DNA from: the human T2T-CHM13v2.0 reference genome, Homo sapiens
NCBI RefSeq assembly: GCF_009914755.1
Contig: NC_060927.1
Strand: one strand, 5' to 3'
DNA: 64,000 bases
This document shows, piece after piece, positions 1 through 13,457 of this stretch. Below the pieces are notes generated by a model that was not told where the DNA came from, made no database searches, and was given only the letters and a program-made list of their open reading frames with translations. Each line of letters starts with the position of its first letter. Positions within the stretch are counted from its first letter, which is position 1. A program made the position numbers and the translations under genes.

Positions 1-830
1 ACATGTATTCTGCTTCTTGAACAGATTCTTAATTCTCATTGGAGTTTATTAGTCACCCTTGTTCTCAGTTGATTAAATTTGTTTGTAGTTGCCTCCAAGA
101 TTATATTGACAGATTTTCCTCCTTACAATTTAATGGTAACATTTTTGCAGGATATGAGCTGACATGATAAGACAAATGGAAAAAGGGAATGCATCACCCT
201 GTATAGATCTGATTTATCTTTCCCTCCATCTCCTTATTTATTTTTGCCATGATTGGGAGCCAAATAAACAGAGTGACATTTCATTTTCATAAGATAAGTC
301 TATTATTTATGATTTATGGTTTCATATTTTTGAAAGTAAGCACAATAAGAGTAGAGATAAAAGCTAATATAACTTTAGAGCCACTATATTTTATGAGTTA
401 ATTGTTTTTGGGTGCATTATGACTGGCACAAATTAAAATGATATAGAGAAAAAAATTATGATTCTTTTAAAAGTCTATTTCTCATTAATTTTAATGAGTT
501 CTTTTTAAATTTGTACATTTGTGAGAAATAGGAAGCATGTAAGCTCTGCAGCATGAGAAGGGCTAGGTTATTGGGCAATTTTGATTTAATTTGTATAATA
601 TAGTAGCTATGACTGTGACTGGATCACTGATAATCCGTGTAAATTTACAAGGATGATATAAAGCCAAATATACTTTAGCAGGATAAAATAAAAATTTGGG
701 CTATTTTCTGAAGCCCTTACAGTCACTTTGAATCTCAGTACTCCAAGATTAGATTGCATATTGGGCCATGTGGAGAACCAGGTCATTAACTCAGCAGTAT
801 TAAGCCAGTCATTGCTCTCTGTTGTTCTAG

Positions 831-1031
831 CTTGCAGACATCTACAAAACCTATATGAATGGGTTGATTTGCTACTAAACATCATGGACACCATGGACAC
901 CCCTGAAAGACGGAGATTATAGGCACAGTTATCCTCCTCAAGAATTTTACCTTTCTCTTGGGACACTGATCTCGTGCCCATCACTAAGCATGACCACTTT
1001 GCTTGCAAAGCCTCACAATTTATGATCATGG
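831..1031 (+). other. candidate non-coding exon (possible upstream lncRNA)
   Basis: Pyrimidine tract plus ttctag acceptor ending at 830 (alternative cag at 835-837); donor TGG|GTAAGA at 1031/1032; no convincing ORF. Motif evidence only. Confidence 0.25.
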
Positions 1032-1175
1032 GTAAGAGGCACAGCTTTGTGGATTATTTTTCGTCCAAGGATCAGTTAATCCCTTTCCTTTCAAAATCAA
1101 AGAATTGAAATAATTTTAAAATGTGTAAAAAGCTGCCATTTTGGTGTTGCATGGATCACCTATATCTAAACACAC

Positions 1176-1298
1176 TGTAAGCTCCACGATGGCAGGGATT
1201 TTGTTTGTTGGTTTGTTTACACTGCTGTATTCTCAGTGCCTACAGCAGTGATGAACCATGATGGGTACTCCATAAACATCTGTGGAAGAAAGGAATAA
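1176..1298 (+). mobile_element. L2 LINE 3' end fragment
   Basis: ctgtaagctccacgatggcaggga...ctgctgtattctcagtgcctacagcagtg...ataaacatctgtggaa matches the L2 3' terminus. Confidence 0.8.
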
Positions 1299-1668
1299 AA
1301 ATAGAACAATGGTTATATTTAATGTTGTTTGCTAAAAGACACATTAGGATGTATGAGATAACCTCAAATTGAAGAATATGTGTTCTGCCTTCTCTCAGTA
1401 TCTAGGATGAGGAGTATTTATAATTGCCTGCCTTGTAGGTGAGCTGAGAGGATTATGTAATTGGTGCTTTTAAGTACTACAGAGGCAGAAACTGCTCTAT
1501 TCAATTGAATTCGGGCTTAATTAGTGCTTATTGTGCTTGGTAAGTTCTTAAGGGTGTGAAGAAGAACAAGACCTTCTTGCTGCCCTTAAGGAGATTATAA
1601 TCACGTTATTACTCTGATGTATTTACACCTATACTCACTCTTTTTTCACTGCTTCACTCTTTCCTCAG

Positions 1669-1697
1669 TTGTCTCTCATGGGGCCAGAACCAGATGG
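1669..1697 (+). other. candidate 29-nt non-coding exon
   Basis: Long polypyrimidine tract (ctcactcttttttcactgcttcactctttcctcag) then donor TGG|GTAAGA at 1697/1698. Motif evidence only. Confidence 0.3.
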
Positions 1698-2351
1698 GTA
1701 AGAGTGCCAGCCTGAGCAGCCTGTGTGTCGTGCGCAGTCGCAGGAGAGGCAGAGGTAGATGAATATCAGGCTCACCCTATGGTAGTAGTGGACAAAATAG
1801 AACCTGGATATAGGATGCATTTGCCCATATACTGAGCAAAAGTAAAAATAGACAAACAAGCTTCAAATCAGTATCTGGGAGGTCTCAAGAAGGGAAAAGG
1901 CAACTACTTAGAAAGGGTTCAAAAAAAGGGGACAGAAGCAAGGTTTGCAATCAGAGTGTCAGCTGGCATTCAGGGACAAGGATGATCACTTAAAGTTGCC
2001 ACTCATGAGTGGACATTACTAACTTCTCATACTCTTAAAATTTGGATTCCACTCCCATCAACACAAATAAACTGTTCTTCCGTGGGTTTCTGGTGATATC
2101 CCCAATGCAGTGACATTTTCTCTTTTTTGTCCCAGTCTTTTATTTTAATAGAAACTTTTTAGTAATATCTCCTGGATGCCTCTCACCACCACATAATGAT
2201 GCCGTCTCAAATGATAGCCAGCACTGCTTGGCTCAACATTTAGTTCTTGGGCTTCCAGGTAAAGGTGATTAATTAAGAAAGTGCATTTACTTCCTACTCC
2301 TTCAAATTAAAATTACAGTAGAGGTATAAACCTGAGACAAAACGATAAAAA

Positions 2352-3097
2352 TGATATGGATAGGAGACAGGGAAATACCGGGTAGAAGAGGGCAGTCCCC
2401 CAGCAAAAGCCCCACCCTAAAGTTGGATATCCACGGCCCTAAATGAGAACAGGCATTCCTGTTTTCTCACCAAAAAGTTGCCTTTGGCTCATCATGCCCC
2501 CTATCCTGTACCCATATAGACCCCAAACCCCAGGGTCCAGAGCATACCAGGAGATGAGGAGACGAGATAAGCTGACAAAAGGGTGGAATGACACAGCAGA
2601 GAAAGAGAGAAGAGGAAGAACATCTGAGTGTTGAAAGGAGTTTGGCTGGGGGTGGTTGGAGAGGAGTTTGGTTGCTGGATGGCCCAACTCCAGGGGAAGA
2701 TCACCTTCCCACTCCATCCCCCCTTCTGCCTCACCATCCATCCCATTGAGAGCCACCTCCACCTCTCAATGAATCTCCTGCATTCATTCTTCAAGTCTGT
2801 GTATGACCCAATTTTTCCAGGACACTGGACAAGAGCTCAGGATACAGAAGGCTGTCACACTGGCCCTCTGCCCTTGCAGAAAGGCAGAGGTTCCATTGAG
2901 CTGGTTAACACTCAAGCTGTGGGCAAATGGCAAGGCTAAATGGGCACACTGTAACACATGTCCACTTGGCCTCCTTCAACTGTCTGTCTGCATGATCCCT
3001 GTCCCATAAGGGTTCTGTGCAGTGGCTGTGACCAAACAGGTGAGCCACACCCCTGTTGGACATCCTGCCAGGGGGATCAGGGAACTCTTCCATTTCA
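2352..3097 (+). mobile_element. solo ERV1 LTR, MER50-like
   Basis: TG...CA termini (TGATATGGATAGGAGACAGGGAAATAC ... GGAACTCTTCCATTTCA), ~745 bp, sequence matches recalled MER50 consensus; no internal ERV sequence follows. Confidence 0.8.
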
Positions 3098-3856
3098 AAA
3101 GCAAAGAGAATAGGAGGAGTGATATAGCAGATAAAGACATCTATACATTTCTGAAATTAAAAATGGGTCTAAGAGCAATAACAAATGAAACCAAGTGGAG
3201 GAAGCCACAGCCTAGAATACACACTGAGGGCTCCAAAGGGGCAGAAAAGACAGTCTTCCCTGGAGAAGGCCATAGAGATTCACTCTAGGCAGCAGAAGTG
3301 AGATATGTAGCTAAAGACAGAGGAAATAATTAAAAGTCTGAACTACCTCCCTCTACAACCTCCAGAGGTGGAGCATAGGCATCCTAGCAATTACCCTCAG
3401 GCCAAAAGATCAGAGGAACACTCTCTTTAAAAGAAATAAAAAATCAGTATGAACCCTGAACACAGGGAATGTGAATGAGTGGAAGTACCTTAGATTAAAG
3501 TTCTTCCCACTCTGGCATTTATGGGGTGGGCAGCAGAGCGATCATCGATGCCTCTCTACCTGCCTTCTCTGAGAAGCCTGCCAGGGACAAGTTCCACCCA
3601 GATCCACACAGCTACCACCCAGGCTTCTGTCATTCAGATGTGTGACAGAATCCCCAAGGACCACTGAATGTGTAAGGAAAGACTGTATCATAGCAGAGAA
3701 ACACAAGGAAAAAACCTGTATCATGGAAGAGACCAGAATAAACTGATAACCTAACCCCCCAAGATATTTTTATAATTCTAATTAGTATTCTCAAAGATGA
3801 TCTAATGGTGCATCTGTAAAACAAGACTAGAATTATCTTTAAAAGTCAAAAACAAA

Positions 3857-4070
3857 GCTTGGGCAACATGGCAAAAACCTGTCTCTACAAAAAAAATTCA
3901 AAACAGCTGGGCATGGTGGTGCACACCTGTAGTCTCAGCTACTTGGGAGGCTGAGATGGGAGGATTGCTTGAGCCTAGGAGGTCAAGGCTGCAATGAGTC
4001 ATGAACTTGCCACTGCACTCAAGCCTGGGCAACAGAGTGATGAGACTTTGTCTCAAAAAGAAAAAAAAAG
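3857..4070 (+). mobile_element. AluJ, 5'-truncated
   Basis: End of left arm, A-linker, right arm with AluJ-type ggaggattgcttgagcc...gaggtcaaggctgc and A tail. Confidence 0.9.
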
Positions 4071-4373
4071 TAAAAAACATAAATTGAAGAAGTTTTTAAA
4101 AATTAAAATTCAGTAGAAGTTTTGAATGACAATAGGATGGAATACCTGTGAATATAGTTATTTATATAAAACTGAATTCCTACTTGCTACCATATATACT
4201 ATATACAATCCTAAATTACATATGAATTAAATAATTAAAAGTGAAATGATTTTCACGTAATTGGAAGAAAATTTAGAAGAAAAGCTTTGTAACTCAGAGT
4301 ACAGGTGGATTTCTTGAACTAGAACTCCCTCCCTCTTGTCATTTCTCTCTGCCAAAGTAACTACAATTAATAG

Positions 4374-4670
4374 TGTGTGTGTGTATGTGTATGTGTTTCT
4401 TGAAGATGTTTTTATCAATGTAATATATTTGTATGTGTATAGGTATGCTCACACCCCATATGAGGGGTATATACATACAAATATATGTATATGCTCACAC
4501 ATACATATATACATACAAATATATATAGTAAATTATATATAGTATATACATACAAATATATATAGTAAAATATATACATACATACAAGTATATATTTTAC
4601 TATATATTTATGCTTACACATGTATGTATACATACAAATATATATAGTAAAATATAAATATATATATATG
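4374..4670. repeat. (TG)/(TA)/TACA low-complexity AT-rich repeat with internal palindrome
   Basis: Repeated tatacatacaaatatatatagtaaa units; perfect 20-bp inverted arms at 4558-4577 and 4588-4607. Confidence 0.9.
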
Positions 4671-4699
4671 TCTCTTTTGCTTTACCCAAATTACGCTAT

Positions 4700-6420
4700 A
4701 TGCATTTTGTGGGGCTTGTTTTTTTGTTTAGTTTTGCTTTGCTTTTGTTTTACTTAATAACATCATTTATTGATTTTTTTCATGTTAATACATATTAATG
4801 AGCCACGTTCTTTTCAATGACAAAATAGTATTCTATCATTTAATGTGTCATGCTTTGCATGAGTAACCTTTTATTGACTCCATGTTGCTTCCGATTTTTG
4901 GTGTTACAAGCAATGCCTCCATGAACATCTGTGTATATGTATAACGGTAAATTTGAATAATATATTCCCCAGCTGTAGAATTTCTGGGGCAAAGCCTCTG
5001 GACATTCAATTTGTATGGCTATCGCCAAATTGCCATTCAGAAAAGCTGCACAAGTTGATAATGTAGAGTGTATGAGACCGGCTCTCCCACTCTCTGGACC
5101 ATCTTCAACCTTTAATTTTGCCAATTCAGTGAACAATTTAATATGGTATCTCATAGTTTTTATTTTTATTTTTTTTAACTAATGAGCGAAAAGGAGTACT
5201 TCTTAAGATGCCATTCATACTATATTTTCTATAAATGTTTTTTAAATATATTTTACTCATTTGCTTATTGAGTCACTTACTTTTCATGCTCATTTGTTGG
5301 AACTCTTAAAAAATGTAAGAAATAGTCAAGTGTGTTATATTGTTGTGATAAGCATTTCCTATAGTTTGCTTTTTGTGTTTATTACCAACCTTATTAAGGA
5401 ATAATTTACATAAAATAAACTTTCCATTTAAAGTGCACAATTTGATGAGTTTTAAAGACATACACACTCATAAAACCACCGACAAAATCAAGACAAAGAT
5501 ATTTTCCTCGTCTTCAAAGGTGTCCGTGTACCTCTTCCCTGACCACCCCTCCTCCACGCTCAATTCCAGGCAACCACGCATCTATTTGCAAAGTGGATTA
5601 GTTTTTGTTTTCTAGAATTTTATATAATGGGATCGTAGAGCATGTACTCTTGTGTGTGGCTTCTTTCTCTCAGCAGATTTTCATATTCATGCTTTTTCTT
5701 GGGCAAAAAGTAGTCCATTCCTTCTAATGCTGAGTGCTATTTCTTCATATGTGTTTACTGCATTTGTTTCTCTATTTACCTATTAACAGACATCCAGTTT
5801 CTTTCCAGGTTTTGGTTACTGTGAGTAGATGCACTGTGAACATTTGTGTATGAGTTCTATGTGGGCATATGCTTTTATTTCTCTTGGGTGAACAACAATG
5901 AATAGAATAGCTGTAGAATGTATAATGTCAAATGTACAGTGTAGACTGTACAATGGAATATCGCAGGTTCATGTGTAACTTTAGAAGGAACTGCCAAACA
6001 ACTTTCCAAAGAGCTTGTACCATTTTGCACTCCCACCAGGAATATATGAGAGTGCTGGCTGCTTTGCCATTTGCCAACACTTGGGATTGTGAGCCCTTTT
6101 AATTTTAGCCATCCTAAGCTAAGGGCTCTGTATCTCATTGTGGTTTTAATGGGCATTTCCTTGATGATTAATTATGTTGAACATTTATTTTACGTGCTTA
6201 GTGACCATTTGTATGTCCCTTGTAAAGTTTTCATTCAAAGCTTTTGCCCATTTTTAGTTACCTGTTTGTCTTAAGAGTTCTTCATATATTCAGAATATAA
6301 GACTTTTGTCAATATTACATACATCTATGTAACATTTATATTATAGAATATGTGTTATGTATATTATTTATATATGAAATAATTTTTCTATCCTATGGCT
6401 TGTCTTATTTTATTAGTATA
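4700..6420 (-). mobile_element. old L1M (L1MB/ME-type) 3' fragments incl. ORF2 C-terminal remnant
   Basis: Minus-strand ORF 5875-6156 starts MPIKTTMRY..., matching L1 ORF2p MQIKTTMRYH; typical L1 3'UTR antisense text at ~5390-5900. Confidence 0.8.
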
Positions 6421-7091
6421 TTTTGAAGAGTAAAATCCAAGTTCATCAACTTTTTTCTTAATCATCTCCATTCTCCTAATGAGTTGTTCTAGAATTTCTA
6501 TTTGATTTTTCATTAAATTTTAGTTTTCTATGTTAAATGTTCTATCTTTTCACATATTATGATATTTTTCCTTCACTCATAATTATTTTTAAAAACTTTT
6601 AAAATTCATTGCCTAATAATTCCAACATTTGGGTTACGGTTTGACTTTTCTCCTTTTGATTGCATTTTCTCTTAAGAATGACCTACAATTTCTTGGTTCT
6701 GTATATTTTTAATGATTTTTAGATTATATGCGGAACATTGTGAATATCAAGTTGTAAAGACTAGAAATTTTGTTGTGTTGTTCCAAAGAGTAATGATGTT
6801 TTTGTTTTAGAAATCAATTAACTTGGTTAGACTCAAACTGAAAATGTTTTGTGGGCTACAGTGAGTATCAGATCAAATCTCAGTTCCTGTAAACTAGCTA
6901 CGGTCTGCATTGGCCTTTGCCACACATATGTGGTTTATGGGGTCAATCAGAGACTTGGACAAACTTTATGTTTAGTTTGAGGATTTTTTTTCTCTGGTGT
7001 TCTCCTCTCTAGAAGTCCTTCCCCACTCTCCAATGGCTGCTGTTGTCCCTGACTCTATTGGATTGTTTGGCATACAAAAATGTCAGGTTTT

Positions 7092-7400
7092 GGCCGGGTG
7101 TGCTGGTTCTTACCTGTAATCCCTGCACTTTGGGAGGCTGAGGCAGGTGGATCACTTGATTCTGGGAGTTCCGGACCAGTCTGGGCAACATGGTAAAACC
7201 CTGTCTCTACAAAATTACAGAAAATTAGCTGGGCCTGGTGGCACATGCCTGTATTCCCAGCTACATGATTGGCTGAGGCGGGAGGATCGCTTGAGCTCAG
7301 GATGTCAGGCTGCAGTGAGCCATGATCACACCATGCCACTGCACTCCAGCCTGAGCGACAGAGCAAGACCCTGTCTCAGAAAAAAAAAAAAAAAAAAAAA
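7092..7400 (+). mobile_element. AluJ, full length
   Basis: ggccgggtg...dimeric Alu with A21 tail; caggtttt on both flanks (partial TSD). Confidence 0.95.
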
Positions 7401-9061
7401 GGGGGCAGGTTTTCTACTAGAATTTTAAATGTCCCCTGCCATATCTTAACACTTGTCTGCTCTCAGGCAAAATTTATAAAAATGGAAAAATGTATCCTAT
7501 GCCAAGTGCTTCTTCAAAGTTTCATTTCCCCTCCTAAATCTGCTTCCTTTTTTGACTCTCCAGAGGCTGAAGATTGTTGATTTGGATTTGTTCAGTTTAT
7601 AGTTGTTATCTGCTTTTTTAATTTGCTTTTTTATCTTTTTATTTGAATTTGAGAGTTCTTTATATATTCAGAATACAAATCTTTCATCAGATTACACATA
7701 AGTAATGTTTACGATGTTATATATTATGTGTATATGGAATATATGTATATATGTACTCTACTGCAATAGAATCAGTCTCTTTAGAAGCTTGCATAAGAGA
7801 CTGACTCTCTTGATTAACTTGCTTGACTGAAGTCACACAAAGAATAAAATATAGAGGTTGATTATACCCCATGTTTGTGACTCTAACAACCACACACTCT
7901 GTCTGCTATGTAAAGCAGCCCTACCAGGAAACCCATCTAACCATACTCTAGTAAAGCTTTGCTGGGTAGAGAATCTCATCTGCCTCAAGTGCTAAAGCAA
8001 GGGGGACTGTCTGTGTTACAGCATCCCCTTCTAGTATCTTTCTTATTGCTGATGGCAAACAATGGCAGGTGAACCTCTTCTCCAAGGCATCATCTGACCT
8101 AAGAGGACAGCATCTGTGTGACTCAGAGATTTTTTTTAACAAAGATTGAGGAATAGTTAGTAATAACATATACATAGTTTCAAAATTAAATGCAAGCAAA
8201 TGTGGAGAGATCTCTCAAAAATGATTTTTTTTCCCTTAGTATCTCATTTAGCACAATGGACTGAGTGGATATAATCCAGGATGAAGTCACAGATGATACT
8301 GTTTTATTTAAATTGGTCATTTCTAGTCTCTGTGATTACATCTTCCCAGGTCCCTGTACTCTCAGGAGTGTCAGGAAAGTAGGCAATAATTGCATCATTC
8401 TTTATATGTGTCTATAGCTCAGGAAGCACTGGAGACTAATGAACCAAGTGCTCGTATTTCCTTTATTGCAATCTTCTTGCCTTAGAGATTTCAAGCTGAG
8501 GAAAAGTTTGGAGGGTTTCCTTTGTTGGGCATGGGGTAGGGTGGGAAGGGGTGGAAATTCCATTTATTTTTAGCACAGGAAGCCATTATAGCAGTTACTT
8601 AACAGGTGTGTCTGTAGGAATAGGTTATACCGATTCCATTCAAGCCATAACTCATTGTAAGTACTCACCATCTCCTAGGTGCCTATTTGAACATCACTGT
8701 CTCTGTGCAAAGAGGGAATGCTGCTGCTCTTTTAATCTAGTCACTTGATAGAGATAGAGTTCCAAATACTATTTGTACCCCTATTATGGAGATATCACAC
8801 ATGGGCACTTGTGGATTAACTTATACATTTCAAATAAAATAGAGATCATGATGTGACAGGTCCACTGAGGCCAGCACAAAATGCTGCCATGTGACTTGGC
8901 ATCATGGAATTTTTTCATTTTGGAGCTTAGTCTGAATGAGAAAAACAATGTTATATCAGGCGATAGACCCCTTTGTATCTTTCATTCATGGGTTTAGTAA
9001 CTAAGTAGCCACACGTAGAATTTTGTTTGGACCTTTGATGACCTCTTAAAAAGCATGTGTG

Positions 9062-9365
9062 GGCCGCGCCCGGTAGCTCAGGCCTGTAATCACAGCACTT
9101 TGGGAGCCCGAGGCGGGCAGATCACCTGAGGTCAAGAGTTCAAGACCAGCCTGGTCAACATGGTGAAACCCCATCTCTACTAAAAATACAAAAATCAGCC
9201 AAGTGTGGTGGCACATGCCTGTAATCTCAGCTACTCGGGAGGCTGAGGCAGGAGAATCAGTTGAACCCAGGAGGTGGAGATTATGGTGAGCAGAATCGCG
9301 CCATTGTGCTCCAATCTGGGCAACAGAGCAAGACTCTGTCTGAAAAAAACAAAAAACAAAAAAAA
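9062..9365 (+). mobile_element. AluS (Sx/Sz-like), full length
   Basis: gatcacctgaggtcaagagttcaagaccagcctgg...ggagaatcagttgaacccaggagg; A-rich tail. Confidence 0.95.
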
Positions 9366-10724
9366 CATTTGTGTAATTTTATGTGAGATGCCCCACAGAC
9401 ACAGATATGCCTATTTCTTTTTGTTCTTAGAGGCAAATGCAAATTATTAGCAAGAGAGAGTCTTATGAATAACAGAGAAGAGTTTCCCACTTTTAAAACT
9501 GACTAAAATGCACAGCGTGTTTTGAGAGTGAAAGAATTGGTGGTTTTAGCTTCAACTTCTTGGCAGCAGCTGAAATTTTCACATGTATGATGGAAACAAA
9601 GATCCATCCATGCCCCCAACACCTCTTGCCAGCCTGAGTTCTCGGCCCTGTCCTCACCGGCCATCCTCCCTGGTTCATGGCTACCCCATCTTGCCAATAA
9701 AAATATCACCGTGGCGGTGAGACGGAAGTTTTGATTCTTGGGTCTCTGCATTTTTCCCTGTACCAAGTGTATTTATCACACATGGTAAGAGAACTGGGAG
9801 GTCTGAAAAACTGGTGCTGCCTTCGTATTTTCAGAAACCAGCTACTGATTTTAATCTGCCTTAACTCTCTCTGAATCTGATACACAGGCGTCTCGGATGC
9901 TGCTACTGAGGGCTTTTACCTGTTGTATATTGACAAAAAATTGTATGTAATAGGTTTTAATATATAGGCTCAGGGATTCAGAGAAAAACAGAAATAAAAA
10001 AATAAAGATTAATTGAACTTTTTCTTAACCTACTAACTTCTACTAACCTTAACTTCTAATCTTCTGTATGTAAAAAGATCACACAAACATGACATATATC
10101 TCTATCTAACTAATATCCATTACTATGATAACTAAAGGCATGTTTCAAAATCAGTTTTAAGGATCCTGACTTAAGCTGAAGGTTCGTAAGTGCAGTTCCA
10201 GATCTGGTAGTATAAAAGGAAAGAGAACAGTGCTGTTGTTTTCAAAAGCCTGAATGTGACTGCGAGATAAAATTTATATTGTTTCTCTCTGGGGAAGAGA
10301 ACCATAATATGAACATGGTGTTTAAAAGTGGCAGAATATTTGTGTATATATATAATAAAAATGATGTGTATTGGACCAACTTAATATTTTTATGAGTCAT
10401 TAAGCATAGGTATTTTTTAGATGCATATTTACTTTCTATATCTTTCTAAAATACCTATTCATTATGCAATATCCCTGCTCAAGAATTTCACAGGCCCTAT
10501 AAGGTCTAGAGAAAAATATTTAAACTCCAAAACCTGGTCTACCACCAATTGCATCAGTTTACTTTTCTATGTGTACTTCCCTTTGCTATCCCTACAGTAA
10601 CAATTTGCTTTGGTTAATGGCCCAAGTATGCTCACCTGGTCATATCATGCTCATTTCTGTCCCTGAATTGCCATCTAGAACTTCTCTGTCATTTTTTAGG
10701 CAATCCAAATCTTATGAGCAACAG

Positions 10725-10925
10725 ACTGTTGAAGGCTCGGAGTCAAACAGACCCCATCTGATCCTGACTACCACTCCCAGGCATAGGACCTCAGACAAGT
10801 TGTTCACTTGGCCAGAGCTCAATTTTCTCATCTCTAGATGGAAATAATAATGATTAATTATGCTGAATGAGATCATGCATATAAGACAGCCTAGTAAAAG
10901 CTCTGGCATACAGTGTTGAATAAAT
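10725..10925 (+). mobile_element. MIR SINE
   Basis: ggctcggagtcaaacagac...gacctcagacaagtt...aattttctcatctctagatggaaataataat MIR core. Confidence 0.75.
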
Positions 10926-11475
10926 CCTAATTTGCTTTATCTGTATATTCCTTCAGATTTAAAATAAATTCCACCTTAGCTGTGAAGAGCACTCCTCTTA
11001 CCTCTCACCCTCACTTCAGCTAGTGATAATTTTTCCACTTATGTTGTTTTAGAGCACTTTTTGTCAGACACATTCATTTCCCTGAAAACTGTCTTTTTAA
11101 TCTTGGGATCTTAAATGACAGAAAGCATGTAAAGTGCTTCACACAAGACTTGATATCTAGTAAGTGCTCCATAAATATTTCTGTGGCTGCTGCTGCTATT
11201 GCAAAGGCAACAGTCACTCATATCCCTAGGTTGGCAGCTCATCTGCTGAATGGGTTATGTTTGTTCCTGAAAAAAAGATGCAGTGAAGAGTCAGGATTAA
11301 GGGTTTACTTTCTGAATTCAAGTTGCCCGGATTAAAATCCCAGGTCTATAATTTTTTAAGCCATGTAACTTTTGACAAGTTACATTACCTCTCTGGACTT
11401 AGAATGCCCATAATAGATACCGTTCCCATAGTTATTATGAGAATTAAAAGAATTAAGACAATTTAAAAGAAGAAC

Positions 11476-11790
11476 AGAGGATATTAGAGGCAGGGAAGAG
11501 GGGTGAATAGGGGGATAGGAAGGGATTTCTTAAAGGATACAAAATTACAACTAGGTAGGAGGAATAAACTCTAGTGTTCTAGACCACTGGAGGATGATAA
11601 CAGTTAATAACATATTAGATAATCTCAAATACTAAAGGAAAGATATCGAATGTCCCAACATAAAGAAAGGATTGATGTTTGATGTTATGGATATGCTAAT
11701 TACCCTAATCTAATCACTACACATTGTATGTATTGAAATATTACTATGTATACCATAAACATGTACAGTGTTGTGTCAATTATAATAAAT
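11476..11790 (+). mobile_element. L1MA 3' end (inserted in a MIR starting ~11295)
   Basis: ggatacaaaattacaactaggtaggaggaataaactctagtgttct...ggatatgctaattaccctaat...gtgtcaatt L1MA 3'UTR. Confidence 0.85.
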
Positions 11791-12769
11791 TGATTTTTCT
11801 TTAAAATAAAATGTAGGAAGAAAATACTTGACAAATAAATACTTTATATGCATTGGCTATTGCTGATTTTTTTTAGCCTTTTCAGTCCTGATACCTCAAG
11901 TATTTTGAGAACTCCTAAGGACAAAGATATACACTTGCACTGATCCTATAATTTCATGAGGACAAAACGAAATATCAGATGGCAAAGGGTAGGTCTAGTA
12001 CAATGCCTGGAGCACTGTGAAAGCTTTATAATAACTAGTTTCCTTCCCCTTACCTTATCCACCACACTGAGGAAATAGTTCTAGAAAATGCTCTTTGAGC
12101 ATTTTTTGAAGGGAATAAATGAATATTGATTTTTTTCCTGTATGCCAGGGAACATCATTAAGTATAAAACAGTATAACGCAGTATAATTCAAAAGACTGC
12201 CTGTTATTCCACAGAAATCTGGTTTGGTGAAATTATGTCATCTTTGTTGTATTACTAGTATCATTTACTGTGTCTTGACTGGCCCAAATCTTCCTGGCTT
12301 ATTTTGTTTTGGAGCCCTGAGTTGCAATATATTATTTAAATCAGACATTGTCTTAATTTTCTTTTAGTTTCACCTTCATTATCCTTCTTGTTTTCTCTTT
12401 TTCTCTTCTCTCTACTGCTGACTTGCATTCACATTTAAATGTCATTGAATTGTCACTAAATGGCAAAATAGCTTTCCTTTACAAAAGGCTAGCTAGAATT
12501 CTTCTCAGCTGCTTCCATCTGCAAAATTTCCAACATTTCAGCATTTCACAGGTGAGGCTGTGAGATCAATACAGGGGGAAGAAACTATCACTCTTCATGC
12601 CTTTGATCTTGAAGTCATCTCAAGTTTGACATGTGTAATATAAAGACCTGAATACATCTAGAAAGTGATAATGTATAGGATGACTAAAACATGAATTGCT
12701 AGGTTGACTCCATAATCTTTTGTGTCAGCAAGATTAAAGAAATCAGTATAGTATGATCCAATTGGGAAG

Positions 12770-12980
12770 GGTTAGGTTCAAACCCTGGCCTTTCTACTTA
12801 CAAACTGTATAATTAGAGTGAAATAACTTCTTAGCTTCTATTGATACAGGCGTGAAATGAGGATAGTAATAGTTCCCATGACATAAAGTCATCCTTTGGG
12901 TTAAGTAAGATCATATACATTTCTAATGTCTATAAAGCACTTAATATATTAGTTGTGGTAATATAAGTACTATAAAAATG
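12770..12980 (+). mobile_element. MIR SINE
   Basis: ggttcaaaccctggcc...gtgaaatgaggatagtaatagt...ataaagcactt. Confidence 0.7.
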
Positions 12981-13053
12981 AAAATTCGTATGTTATGATT
13001 AAATAATGCCAGAAAAGAACTCATTCTAGAGCAGTGGATTTTCATTTAGGTTC

Positions 13054-13457
13054 TGCCTTAGGTTAGATTTCCTGAAACAGACTGAGATTAAAGTTTTCAT
13101 TGAGAAAGTTTATTAGTGAGCCACTTGGGGTCAACACCTATGGGAAAGTAATGGAAGAATGACTGGATATAGTTGGGTTCTGATGTAGTGTCAGTAAAGA
13201 CTTCAGCTGATATCATGGGGAGCTCTAGAACTGGGATGACCCTTCAGTGAGGTCCCCAGTTGAGACAAGGGGCTGGGTCTTTCTACCCCTGCATAGGCCT
13301 GATTTCAATGTGGTCTGCCCCTTGGGAAGGACCTGATCTTGGTTCTCTGCTGCTGAGGCTAGTAGGAGACAGGTTCAGCTTAAAGCTTTTCTTCTCCAAA
13401 ACTTCCCACAGTCTTTACTAAAGAGAGATTGGGTTGCACACCACAGTATCCACTATG
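13054..13457 (-). mobile_element. ERVL LTR (LTR16/LTR33 group)
   Basis: cttaggttagatttcctgaaacagactgaga...ggggagctctagaactgggatgacccttcag...gcacaccacagtatccacta matches the antisense of this LTR group. Confidence 0.7.

Noticed and set aside
607-1029. 140-aa minus-strand ORF
   Set aside because: No recognisable homology or coding-like composition; within the range of chance ORFs.
7772-7804. 10-bp stem hairpin tcagtctctt/aagagactga
   Set aside because: Short, in a degenerate repeat context, no supporting features.
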